Positions 1 to 9,045 are shown, counted from the stretch's first letter. The stretch is DNA of 64,000 nucleotides from Minisyncoccia bacterium (GCA_041738235.1 JBGSQF010000004.1:6215-70214); one strand, 5' to 3'. Translations and numbers: made by a program. Notes: generated by a model not told the origin, from the sequence alone.

Positions 1-1359
1 TGGAAAGATATCAAATGCCTTAGAACGAATGTCCCCTGTTTCTGTCTGAAGGTCGAGAAAATCATAAATATCGTGGTGCCAAATATCAAGCGTGACAGAG
101 ATCGCCCCCAATCGTGCACCCAACTGATTCACTGCTGTTGCGGTATTGTTGATAACCTTCACCCACGGATTGATCCCGCCAGAAGCCCCTTCCACCCCAC
201 GGATCGATGCACCCCGAGCACGAATATTTCCAAGATAGACTCCGATCCCACCACCAAACTTCGAGATCTGCGCCATATTCTCAAAACCATGATAGATAGC
301 TCGAAGATCATCGTCAATGTTGATCTTGAAACAACTCGAAAGCTGATGGTAATTCGTTCGGGCGTTAATGAGCGTTGGGGTCGGTAGAGAGATACGCTGA
401 TTGGAACAGTGCTCATAGATCTCAAGAGCAAACTTCAAACGACTTTCTTTCTTCTCCGGGATCGCCAAAAATAATGCCACAGACATATACATTTCCTGCG
501 GAAGCTCCTTGACCACCCCATTAGGATTGAGCAGGTATCGTTTTGCCAAAGAAAGATTAGTGGTATACTCGTACGCTTCATCAAGCTCTTTGTTGAGGTG
601 TTTCCCCGCTTCCAGGATGTCTTTTTCAGAATAGTAGTCGTAGAATTTTTTGTAGTACAAACCCTTCTCAACATATTCATCAAACAAGGCTTTATATGTC
701 TCTGGGGTATAGATCTCATCCATCATAATTCCGCGGTTCTTGACCGCCTTCTTATAGAGATTGCCCAAAAATATGCGGGCTGCCACATACTGCCATGTAA
801 TGTTTTCAACGCTCACGAGGTCGATACACGTTTTGACCAACAGTTTGTTAATGTCAGAGGTCTTAATGTCCTCCACAATATTGTTTTTGAAAGCCTCCAC
901 CATATCCTCAAAACGACAAGATTCCTCATATCCCTGTACACAACGATCGAATACTGCCTTGATCTTGGTAAGATCGAACACCTCCTTCGATCCGTCATTT
1001 TTGATCACCTTCAAAGACTTTTGTTCAAACTGTTCTATAAGCTGTTCTTTCCTTTCCGCGCGCTCTTTACGATGTTCCTCACGATACAAAATATACGCTT
1101 TCGCCACATCAAAGCGTTCTACACGCATAAGTTCCAACTCCACAGCATCTTGGATCTTTTCTACAGATGGAATAGGAGAGTGGATCTCGTGCTCACAGTG
1201 TCGTTCGAGTTCTAGAACGATCTCGTCAACCAAGGAAGGAATGAATCCTTGGTCCTTCTCCCCCACTGAATCACATGCTTGTGCGATCGCCTTTTCTATC
1301 CTTGCGCGATCAAAAGGAAATATCTCACCATTTCGCTTTTGGATTTGAGTAATGGTCAT
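1..1359 (-). CDS. nrdA: Class Ia ribonucleoside-diphosphate reductase alpha subunit; N-terminal part, runs off window start; two ATP-cone-like segments
   Basis: Manual translation from ATG 1359, open to base 1 (absent from the ORF track): MTITQIQKRNGEIFPFDRARIEKAI, second cone VIKNDGSKEVFDLTKI, ELPQEMYM, SLPTPTLINARTNYHQLSSCF, SKFGGGIG, VNQLGARLGAISVTLDIWH. Confidence 0.93.
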   Translation of the reverse strand, partial: MTITQIQKRNGEIFPFDRARIEKAIAQACDSVGEKDQGFIPSLVDEIVLELERHCEHEIHSPIPSVEKIQDAVELELMRVERFDVAKAYILYREEHRKERAERKEQLIEQFEQKSLKVIKNDGSKEVFDLTKIKAVFDRCVQGYEESCRFEDMVEAFKNNIVEDIKTSDINKLLVKTCIDLVSVENITWQYVAARIFLGNLYKKAVKNRGIMMDEIYTPETYKALFDEYVEKGLYYKKFYDYYSEKDILEAGKHLNKELDEAYEYTTNLSLAKRYLLNPNGVVKELPQEMYMSVALFLAIPEKKESRLKFALEIYEHCSNQRISLPTPTLINARTNYHQLSSCFKINIDDDLRAIYHGFENMAQISKFGGGIGVYLGNIRARGASIRGVEGASGGINPWVKVINNTATAVNQLGARLGAISVTLDIWHHDIYDFLDLQTETGDIRSKAFDIFP

Positions 1360-1447
1360 GACTTTAATATTTACTATTTAGTATCAAATTATATTCTTTT
1401 ATCTTTTAGCTACTATTTTAAAAAAACATCCTCAGAAACAAAACTAA

Positions 1448-1476
1448 TTGACAAACACCGTATTTCCCTCAATACT
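1448..1476 (+). promoter_or_regulatory. sigma70-like promoter of the orphan gene
   Basis: TTGACA-17 bp-AATACT. Confidence 0.5.
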
Positions 1477-1527
1477 CTCATTGTCCATACAAGTGGGCTT
1501 TTCTCCCTTTGTAAAAAAGAGGGTACC

Positions 1528-1809
1528 ATGTTGCTCCGAGAGATTCTTGAACATGTCGACACGGGGAAGCTCAAGAGGACACTACTCATCCAATGGATGG
1601 GAGTTGTCCCAGGCCATCTGATGGTGCTCGGGGAAGCATTGATCCACGTCCTCCCCCCCACCACAGAGATCTCTTTGAAAAACAAGACATTTCATGCCCG
1701 CCTACCAAACCGGATAGTCGTAGTCTCCCCGGACCTGGAGAAGGCTCAATTCATGGATGAACACGGTTACAGATGGGCAGACTTCGAGGTCACAAGAGAA
1801 TTCGACTGA
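1528..1809 (+). CDS. Hypothetical 93-aa protein
   Basis: ATG preceded by AAGAGGG; promoter upstream and terminator hairpin downstream; no family recognised. Confidence 0.6.
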   Translation: MLLREILEHVDTGKLKRTLLIQWMGVVPGHLMVLGEALIHVLPPTTEISLKNKTFHARLPNRIVVVSPDLEKAQFMDEHGYRWADFEVTREFD

Positions 1810-1845
1810 ACCTCCCTATCCCCGCCGTACTCCGCTTATCCCCTG

Positions 1846-1878
1846 AGGGTACATCGCTATGTACCCTCCTTTTCTTTA
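1846..1878 (+). terminator. Intrinsic terminator
   Basis: GAGGGTACAT-cgct-ATGTACCCTC followed by CTTTTTCTTT. Confidence 0.7.
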
Positions 1879-1957
1879 CCCCTTTTAATGAACTGAATGT
1901 TGTTGGGGGTGAAAAAGCACCGTCTTTTCAGACAGTGCCCTACACTTTGCATGTATT

Positions 1958-2533
1958 TTATTGTAAACGCTTCTCCACAACACTCCAGTCGATACCCTTC
2001 ATAAACGCTTCAATATACTCTATCTTCTTGAGCCCATAATCCAATACGAATGCATGTTCAAACACATCCATAACAAGAAGTGGTGTTGCCCCAGCCAAAT
2101 GTCCGCCATCATGTTCATTGATCCAAACATTGAAGAGTCGTCCCGAAACCGCATCATAATATAACACCACCCAGCCGATCCCACGCATCGATCCCATTGA
2201 TCGAAAATCTTTCTCCCACATATCAAGACTCCCCCACTCCTTCTCTAGACTCTCTTTGAGTGATCCGCTCCCAAGGGCTACTCCTGTTTTTGTAAGATTC
2301 CCAAAATACAATTCGTGAAGTCTCATGCCGTTAAATTCCCATCCAAAACGTCGATTCATCTCAGCAAATTCCGGCGTGGCAAATTTATCGCTTTTTTCTA
2401 ACTCTACAAGAGCGTCATTGAGCTTATTGGTATTTGCAACATACCCCTCATACAAAGCAAAGTGATTGGTCAGCAATGCGTCACTAAGCCCCGGAAAGCC
2501 GAGAAGGTACTTAAAGTCTTTTGCAACGTACAT
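1958..2533 (-). CDS. Fe/Mn superoxide dismutase family protein
   Basis: NHFALYEGYV, FNGMRLHELYF, GIGW, MDVFEHAF metal-ligand motifs. Confidence 0.9.
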   Translation of the reverse strand: MYVAKDFKYLLGFPGLSDALLTNHFALYEGYVANTNKLNDALVELEKSDKFATPEFAEMNRRFGWEFNGMRLHELYFGNLTKTGVALGSGSLKESLEKEWGSLDMWEKDFRSMGSMRGIGWVVLYYDAVSGRLFNVWINEHDGGHLAGATPLLVMDVFEHAFVLDYGLKKIEYIEAFMKGIDWSVVEKRLQ

Positions 2534-2584
2534 ATTTTTGATTTTAGAGTTTACCTGTCACGTTTTACTTATTACACGTCACTT

Positions 2585-3184
2585 TTAGATCTTTCCCACC
2601 AAGTTCACACCAGGCTTTAAAGTCTTTGCTCCGGGCCTCCACGATGCAGGACAGACTTCATTTTTGTGTTTTGCCACATGCTGCGCTGCCTCGATCTTTC
2701 GAAGAAGCTCCTCAGCATTTCGCCCAATAGAATTATCATTTACTTCGTACGCCTTGAGTATCATCTTTGGATCGATAACGAACGTTCCACGAAGCGCCAA
2801 TCCTTCCTCGGGGATGTATACACCGCAGTATTTCGTCAATCGTCCTGTTGGATCAGCAGCCATTGGATATTTCACCTTTCCGATCGCAGGGGAATTATCA
2901 TGCCATGCCTTATGCACAAACGCAGTGTCAGTACTCACGCTCACGATCTCTACGCCCAATTTCTGAAACTTTCCATAATTCTCAGCAAGTTCCTCCAACT
3001 CCGTCGGACACACGAACGTAAAATCGGCTGGGTAGAAAAACAACACCACCCACTTATCTTTGAGATCGGAAAGTTTCATTTTCTTTATACGGTTTTGATG
3101 AAAAACTTCCACCTCAAAGTCCTGAAATTTCTTACCGATCACCGCCCGCTCGAACATATCATCGTCGAAATATACTTCTTCCAT
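2585..3184 (-). CDS. ahpC: 2-Cys peroxiredoxin (alkyl hydroperoxide reductase C)
   Basis: FFYPADFTFVCPTE and EVCPASW motifs. Confidence 0.95.
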   Translation of the reverse strand: MEEVYFDDDMFERAVIGKKFQDFEVEVFHQNRIKKMKLSDLKDKWVVLFFYPADFTFVCPTELEELAENYGKFQKLGVEIVSVSTDTAFVHKAWHDNSPAIGKVKYPMAADPTGRLTKYCGVYIPEEGLALRGTFVIDPKMILKAYEVNDNSIGRNAEELLRKIEAAQHVAKHKNEVCPASWRPGAKTLKPGVNLVGKI

Positions 3185-3374
3185 ACTCTTTGTTGCCGAT
3201 TCCCGCCAAGATGATGTTTCTTGTTCGAGTCACGGATATTATTGTTATATATTTAACTACATTTAAAGTTGAAATTTCTTTCTAAGACTACGACACTTTT
3301 TAGAAGTTCTCCTCCTCTCGAACGTTGGGTCATTATATCGCAAGCACACCACCCATGTCAAATATAAAACAAAC

Positions 3375-3398
3375 AAAGGCACAATATATTGTGCCTTT
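3375..3398. terminator. Terminator-like hairpin downstream of ldh
   Basis: AAAGGCACAATATATTGTGCCTTT inverted repeat. Confidence 0.5.
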
Positions 3399-3423
3399 TG
3401 CCTATAATAAAACACAAATGCGA

Positions 3424-4344
3424 TCATTCACCCAATCCCGCTATTGCCTGTTTTAACGCTTCGGCTGATCGCTGAAGAAGCTCCAATTCAGAGTCAGAGA
3501 ACACTACGCACATATGTCCCGCAATACCCTCTTTTCCCACCACCGCAGGGACACTCAAACAGACATCCGATATACCAAACTCACCCTCCATCAGATGCGA
3601 TACTGGCAAGATCACACGCTTATCATTGATGATGGCACTGCACAAATGTGCCACTCCGGCACCGATAGCATAATACGTCGCTTGCTTTCCCTTGATGATA
3701 GCGTATGCAGCATTCTTTGCCTGATCAAAGATCTCATCTTTTTCTGGCTGACTGAGTATCCGACACTCATTAATGCTCATCGATCCTGTCATAGCCGTCG
3801 ACCAGAAAGGCAATTCGCTGTCTCCATGTTCCCCCACAATATAAGCGTGAATACTTCGAGGGTTGATACGCAACTTTTCTCCAAGAAGATGGCGAAAACG
3901 AGCACTATCCAACATTGTTCCCGTTCCCAAGATCTGACGCTTTTTTTCAGGAAACATTTTGATCGCCAAATAGGTCAACGCATCCACCGGATTGGTTACC
4001 ATAATAAGGATCGCATCGGGATTACGAGAAAATATCTCCGGAACGATCGCTTGAACGATCTTGGAATTATTTTTAATAAGATCGAGTCGCGTTTGTCCCT
4101 CCTTCTGCGCCGATCCAGCACAAAATACTACCACGCGACTATCTCGAAAATCTTCATAGGTTCCTACCTTAACCTGGGTAGAACCAAAAAAAGGCACACT
4201 ATGCTGCAAGTCCATTACCTGAGCCTTTGCGAGGTCCTCATTTACATCAATGATCGCCACCTCCTGCACAATATCCTTGGCAACGATACTATAGGCACTT
4301 GTTGCCCCCACCATTCCAGCACCAACTACTGTGATCTTATCCAT
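3424..4344 (-). CDS. ldh: L-lactate dehydrogenase
   Basis: VGAGMVG Rossmann motif, QKEGQTRLDL, VTNPVD, LDSARFR, VGEHGDSE. Confidence 0.92.
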   Translation of the reverse strand: MDKITVVGAGMVGATSAYSIVAKDIVQEVAIIDVNEDLAKAQVMDLQHSVPFFGSTQVKVGTYEDFRDSRVVVFCAGSAQKEGQTRLDLIKNNSKIVQAIVPEIFSRNPDAILIMVTNPVDALTYLAIKMFPEKKRQILGTGTMLDSARFRHLLGEKLRINPRSIHAYIVGEHGDSELPFWSTAMTGSMSINECRILSQPEKDEIFDQAKNAAYAIIKGKQATYYAIGAGVAHLCSAIINDKRVILPVSHLMEGEFGISDVCLSVPAVVGKEGIAGHMCVVFSDSELELLQRSAEALKQAIAGLGE

Positions 4345-4403
4345 AGAGAAAGCATTTACACTTTAAGGATTACCCATTACAGTAGAATTATACCATATTC
4401 TTT

Positions 4404-5351
4404 ATGAATACTCCCAACACCTTCACCGTCACTTCTCAAGAGGCAGGTGCGCGCCTCGATGTTTTTTTGCACATACACTTTCCGCAACACTCACGGTCCA
4501 CACTCGCAAAACACGTCATGCAAGGCAATGTCCTTTTAAACAAGAAACAAAAAAAGCCTAGCTCTATCCTAAAAGATGGTGACCAAGTAGAAGTGTTTTT
4601 ACCAGAAGAACAGGTTGATGCTCTCCTACCAAACAACACTTTACAAATTCCCGCTCTCTACGAAGATAACAATATTTTGGTTATCAATAAACCGGCGGGG
4701 ATCCAGACACACCCCTCCGCCACAGAAGAACAAAAGACCGTGGTCAATTGGCTCATCGCCAAATATCCAAAGATTGCTTCTATTGGTGAAGATCCGACCC
4801 GACCCGGCATCGTTCACCGCCTTGATAAGGATACTTCAGGCGTGCTTGTTATTGCCAAAACCCAAGAAAGTTTTAAAAAGCTCAAAGAACTTTTTGGCTC
4901 ACGTGAGATCGAAAAAGCATACGTCGCGCTTGTTCATGGCATACCATCACCATCAATAGGAACTATCGATAAACCCATCGCTCGATCCGCATCCTTTCGA
5001 AAACAAGTCATTCCCGAAGGTCGAACAAAATTCAAAGGAACGCCACGAGAGGCTATCACAAAATATGAAGTGACAAAGACCTTTCCAGCTTCTGCTCCTC
5101 GCTATTCATTACTTTCTGTTAAACCACAAACAGGGAGAATGCATCAGATCCGCATTCATCTCTCCTCCATAGAACACCCCATTGTAGGAGATGCTCTTTA
5201 TAGACGAAAAGAATTTCAAACACCTTCTATTGTCAAAAGACACCTCCTGCATGCACACCAGATCTCGTTCAATCTTTTCGGCAAGGCACACACTTTTAAC
5301 GCGCCTTTACCAGACGATTTTGAAAGATTCCTAAAAACAGTAGAATGTTGA
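4404..5351 (+). CDS. rluD: RluA/RluD-family pseudouridine synthase with S4 domain
   Basis: RLDVFL S4 start, NKPAG, HRLDKDTSG, TGRMHQIRIH. Confidence 0.85.
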   Translation: MNTPNTFTVTSQEAGARLDVFLHIHFPQHSRSTLAKHVMQGNVLLNKKQKKPSSILKDGDQVEVFLPEEQVDALLPNNTLQIPALYEDNNILVINKPAGIQTHPSATEEQKTVVNWLIAKYPKIASIGEDPTRPGIVHRLDKDTSGVLVIAKTQESFKKLKELFGSREIEKAYVALVHGIPSPSIGTIDKPIARSASFRKQVIPEGRTKFKGTPREAITKYEVTKTFPASAPRYSLLSVKPQTGRMHQIRIHLSSIEHPIVGDALYRRKEFQTPSIVKRHLLHAHQISFNLFGKAHTFNAPLPDDFERFLKTVEC

Positions 5352-5376
5352 CAATAACGATACTTTCGTTTACCAT
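5348..5376 (+). promoter_or_regulatory. rplS promoter
   Basis: TTGACA-17 bp-TACCAT. Confidence 0.6.
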
Positions 5377-5423
5377 AGGAGAACTGGGTGATTCCACCCT
5401 TTTTTGTAATGAAAGACATATAT

Positions 5424-5933
5424 ATGCATAAAACAGTTATTGAGTTCAACCAGACCCAAAGAAACAAGGCCATTCCAGACATTCGTACAGGAGATACTGT
5501 GCGCATATTCCGAAAGATCGTAGAAGAAGGCAAGGAACGCATTCAGATCTTTGAAGGTCTTATTATAGCCAAAAAAGGTGGACAAAGCTCTTCTCCCACG
5601 ATCACCGTACGAAAAACCTCTTTTGGCGTAGGCGTAGAGCTGGTTCTCCCCGTCTACTCCCCCACGATCGAAAAGATCGAATTGGTAAAACGCTCCAAAA
5701 CACGACGATCAAAACTTTACTTCGTGCGCGACAAGGCTGATCGTGAACTTAAACGAAAACTCCGAGATATCCCCCTCTCTGAAGAAGAAAAACTTCCCAA
5801 AGAGCCAAAAAAAGAAATTGCTCCTGCCACTGCTGAGATGTCAGAAAAGTCAGAACCGGTAGAAACTGAAGAAGCTCCGGAAAAAACAGAAGTAGTTGCC
5901 GGCAAGGAAGAAGATAAGAAAGAAGTAAAATAG
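5424..5933 (+). CDS. rplS: 50S ribosomal protein L19 with acidic C-terminal extension
   Basis: GDTVRI, EGKERIQIFEG, TVRKTSFGVGVE, RRSKLYFVR. Confidence 0.96.
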   Translation: MHKTVIEFNQTQRNKAIPDIRTGDTVRIFRKIVEEGKERIQIFEGLIIAKKGGQSSSPTITVRKTSFGVGVELVLPVYSPTIEKIELVKRSKTRRSKLYFVRDKADRELKRKLRDIPLSEEEKLPKEPKKEIAPATAEMSEKSEPVETEEAPEKTEVVAGKEEDKKEVK

Positions 5934-6031
5934 CCTTTTATATAAAGCTTTATCATAACATTCCCGCTCATGCGGGAATTTATGTATCGGCTCTGTACAA
6001 AAAGAAAAATATTTCCTATACTAAAAAACAT

Positions 6032-6116
6032 GCCCAGGTGGCGGAATCCGGTATACGCGCTAGCTTGAGGTGCTAGTTCTCGCAAGGGATTGGAGGTTCA
6101 AATCCTCTCCTGGGCA
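6032..6116 (+). tRNA. tRNA-Leu(GAG)
   Basis: GCCCAGG/CCTGGGC acceptor, CTAGC-TTGAGGT-GCTAG anticodon arm, long variable arm, GGTTCAAATCC. Confidence 0.95.
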
Positions 6117-6291
6117 CAAGAACGGAGTGAGTGTGACAAGGAAGTAAGTCGACTGCTCGACTTACTCGAGGATTTGAAAGTCGGAGCGATGCGCAAGTTT
6201 GAGCAAAGCGAGAAGCGCGCGCCGCGAGACGGGGTCGAGAAATATTTTCGTCAGAAAATATATTCGTGACCAAATCCTCTCCTGGGCACAA
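6099..6291 (+). repeat. 21-bp direct repeat of the tRNA-Leu 3' end flanking a 151-bp structured insert
   Basis: CAAATCCTCTCCTGGGCACAA at 6099-6119 and 6271-6291. Confidence 0.9.
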
Positions 6292-6315
6292 AAATGATCA
6301 AGAACAAAGACGAAT

Positions 6316-6389
6316 GCGCGATTAGCTCAGTTGGTTAGAGCATCTCGTTTACACCGAGAGGGTCGTAGGTTCGAGTCCTACATCGCGCA
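6316..6389 (+). tRNA. tRNA-Val(TAC)
   Basis: GCGCGAT/ATCGCGC acceptor, TCTCG-TTTACAC-CGAGA, GGTTCGAGTCC. Confidence 0.95.
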
Positions 6390-6401
6390 CAAAAAATATC
6401 C

Positions 6402-6473
6402 GCCGAGGTAGCTCAGTGGTAGAGCAGAGGACTGAAAATCCTCGTGTCGGCAGTCCGATTCTGCCCCTCGGCA
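6402..6473 (+). tRNA. tRNA-Phe(GAA)
   Basis: GCCGAGG/CCTCGGC acceptor, GAGGA-CTGAAAA-TCCTC; T-loop reads TCCGATT. Confidence 0.92.
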
Positions 6474-6509
6474 CAAAATAGAAAGAGAGTAAGTGTATAC
6501 CTGAGCCAT

Positions 6510-6581
6510 GGGGCTGTAGCTCAGTGGTAGAGCGCGCGGCTCATAACCGCTTGGTCATAGGTTCGATCCCTATCAGCACCA
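6510..6581 (+). tRNA. tRNA with CAT anticodon, probably Ile2 (lysidine)
   Basis: GCGG-CTCATAA-CCGC arm followed by TTGGTC as in Ile2 tRNAs; lacks the initiator C1:A72 pair and the three G-C anticodon-stem pairs; one acceptor mismatch. Confidence 0.8.
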
Positions 6582-6594
6582 CACAAAAGTAATA

Positions 6595-6666
6595 GCGGGT
6601 ATCGTATAGTGGCTATTATACGTCCTTGCCAAGGACGAGAGACGGGTTCGATTCCCGTTACCCGCT
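6595..6666 (+). tRNA. tRNA-Gly(GCC)
   Basis: GCGGGTA/TACCCGC acceptor, CGTCC-TTGCCAA-GGACG, GGTTCGATTCC. Confidence 0.95.
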
Positions 6667-6803
6667 CAGATTATAAAGAACGGCTTGAATAAGCTGTTTT
6701 TTGTATTACAACAAGTAGCGATATATCGATAATATATATCACAATATTGACTTTATGATATATTATGATAAGATGTATTTATCAATAGTAGTTAAATAAA
6801 TAT

Positions 6804-7892
6804 ATGGGAAAAATTAAATTTAATCATCCAAAACATTTACCAATAAAACTTGATTATGGTAAATTTGCTTTGGAATTAGCAGCGGCTCAATATGAATTAG
6901 GTGTTCTTCAGGGTTCGCATAAGAATTTGCGTAATCCACTTTTGCTCATTGCTCCTCTTACAGCGAAGGAAGCTTCGGTTAGCTCAAAAATTGAAGGAAC
7001 ACAAAGTTCTCCAAGAGATGTTTTTGTGTATGAGGCTGGAGGGAAATCAGCATATGAGGATACTCCTGAAGTTGCAAATTATAGAAGAGCTATGTACTTT
7101 GCCTTGGACGAACTTAAAAAAGGAAGAAAAATTAGTTCACATTTAATAAAATCACTCCAGGAAATTTTATTGAAAAATAGTCGTCATGATGGCAAGCTTG
7201 GAGCCTACAGGGAAAAAACGGTATATATTGCAGAAAAAAGAAGTGACCCAATTGAGAAAGCGTTGTATGTACCACCAGAACACTTTCTTGTTCCTGAATA
7301 TGTGGATAACCTGATAGAATTTTTAAAAAGCGAAGAGGATCTGCTGATTAAAGCGGGCATAATTCATTATCAATTTGAGGCTATTCATCCATTTGAAGAC
7401 GGCAATGGAAGAATAGGCAGACTGTTGATACCATTGTTTCTTTTCCAAGAGAAGAAGGTGTCATTGCCAATAATTTACGTAAGTGGTTATCTGGAAAGTA
7501 ATCGATCGGAATATAGAAATGCGTTACATAAGGTAGATGAAACTGGAAATTACGAGCCATGGCTTAAAGTGTTTTTTAAGGCAATAGCTATGCAGGCAAA
7601 GGAAACAAGTGATACTGTGGGCAAAATTAATGATTTATATGATTCAACCAGAGATCTAGTTAAGAAAGTTAAGTCTCCATATATAATCCCTACAATTGAT
7701 TTTATCTTTGAACAGCCAATATTTTCAACAACCCAGCTTATGAATAAGTTAAATACTTCTGCATGGCTGACAGGCTCAAGGCAAGTGGAAATATTAAAAA
7801 AGAACAAGTTAATTGAAGAGTTGCCTGCCGATTTTAGTGATGACAAAAGAGAAAAGCTTTACATCTTTCATAAGCTACTTTCCTTGTTGTAA
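6804..7892 (+). CDS. Fic-family protein (AMPylase motif) with N-terminal Fic_N/DUF4172-like region
   Basis: HPFEDGNGRIGR catalytic motif; SSKIEGT inhibitory motif; AT-rich relative to neighbours. Confidence 0.93.
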   Translation: MGKIKFNHPKHLPIKLDYGKFALELAAAQYELGVLQGSHKNLRNPLLLIAPLTAKEASVSSKIEGTQSSPRDVFVYEAGGKSAYEDTPEVANYRRAMYFALDELKKGRKISSHLIKSLQEILLKNSRHDGKLGAYREKTVYIAEKRSDPIEKALYVPPEHFLVPEYVDNLIEFLKSEEDLLIKAGIIHYQFEAIHPFEDGNGRIGRLLIPLFLFQEKKVSLPIIYVSGYLESNRSEYRNALHKVDETGNYEPWLKVFFKAIAMQAKETSDTVGKINDLYDSTRDLVKKVKSPYIIPTIDFIFEQPIFSTTQLMNKLNTSAWLTGSRQVEILKKNKLIEELPADFSDDKREKLYIFHKLLSLL

Positions 7893-7949
7893 GAAAGATG
7901 CATTTGCGAACCCAGTCCGAACTGCCTGCACTTCCCCGCTCCGCAAATA

Positions 7950-7983
7950 AAAGAAAATTCCCACAAATGGGAATTTTCTTTTA
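7950..7983. terminator. Intrinsic terminator
   Basis: AAAGAAAATTCCCA-caaa-TGGGAATTTTCTTT. Confidence 0.75.
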
Positions 7984-8046
7984 TTATAGGAAAACTTCAA
8001 CAAAGGGGGGGTTTTATTTCTCTCAATCTTCGCTATACTAAATACC

Positions 8047-9045
8047 ATGCAAAGAATACTTAACCTTTTCCTCATTGGACTTGTTGCCACCGCAGCGATC
8101 TTCGGAAGTGTTTTTGCTTTCCTGCACAGGGAAGAACTCGTTTCTCCCTGCCTGCCCCCACTTCACTATTCGATCGGCACTGTTGATCCACAATTTCAAA
8201 TATCACGCGAAAAATTCACCTCGATCGTCTTTCAGGCTGAACAAATGTGGGAGACCGCTCTTGAAAAAGATGTCTTTCAGTACGACCCGAGCGCACCTTT
8301 TACAGTAAACCTTCTCTATGATGAACGTCAATCCAAAACAAACAAAAGCATTCAACTTGAAAAAGAGATCGATTCAAAAAAAGAAACGTATGATCAGCTG
8401 ACGGAAAAACTTGATGCGGACACAAAAACCTACGAGGCGCTCATGACTGAATATAATATACTCTCGAAAAAGTACGAGGCAGACGCCACTGCATACAATA
8501 CAACTGTTGCCTCCTGGAACAAAAAAGGCGGTGCGCCCCCAAAAGAATACAAACAACTCCAAGAAGACCTCAAGACCATCGAGGAAGAACAATCCAAACT
8601 CAACACACTCATAAGCCAGATCAATGCGCTTGCAAAATCCTCCGAATATCTCGTATCTACCATAAATAACACCGCTGACAACATCAACTCGACAGTAGAT
8701 ATACACAACAACCTTTTTGAGCAAGGCGAGGAATTCAATAAGGGAATATTCAATAGAGACCGAATTGACATCTACCAGTTTATAAGTCCAGAAGATCTCC
8801 TTCTTACCCTCACTCACGAGATGGGACACTCCCTTTATATTACCGAACACACGCAAGATCCCAAATCGATCATGTATTATCTTATGCAAGAGCAACCCAC
8901 GGATCCCGTTGCACTCACCCAACAAGACATCGATGCCGCCGTTCATACGTGCCGTTTCGATATCCGTACCACAAAAGACTACCTCGATGCTCTGTATAAC
9001 TATTTTGCCCACCTCAATCTTCAATCACTCTACTGGCAGAAGTAA
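8047..9045 (+). CDS. Membrane-anchored matrixin-like (M10) zinc metalloprotease with inserted coiled coil
   Basis: N-terminal TM helix, long helical middle, HEMGHSLYITEH followed by Met-turn SIMY. Confidence 0.8.
   Translation: MQRILNLFLIGLVATAAIFGSVFAFLHREELVSPCLPPLHYSIGTVDPQFQISREKFTSIVFQAEQMWETALEKDVFQYDPSAPFTVNLLYDERQSKTNKSIQLEKEIDSKKETYDQLTEKLDADTKTYEALMTEYNILSKKYEADATAYNTTVASWNKKGGAPPKEYKQLQEDLKTIEEEQSKLNTLISQINALAKSSEYLVSTINNTADNINSTVDIHNNLFEQGEEFNKGIFNRDRIDIYQFISPEDLLLTLTHEMGHSLYITEHTQDPKSIMYYLMQEQPTDPVALTQQDIDAAVHTCRFDIRTTKDYLDALYNYFAHLNLQSLYWQK

Noticed and set aside
73-1348. Plus-strand ORFs 73-387, 598-1215 and 761-1348
   Set aside because: They are antisense shadows of nrdA, which the ORF track missed because it runs off the window edge.
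6073-6291. 72-aa minus-strand ORF
   Set aside because: It is the antisense reading of tRNA-Leu and its duplicated end.
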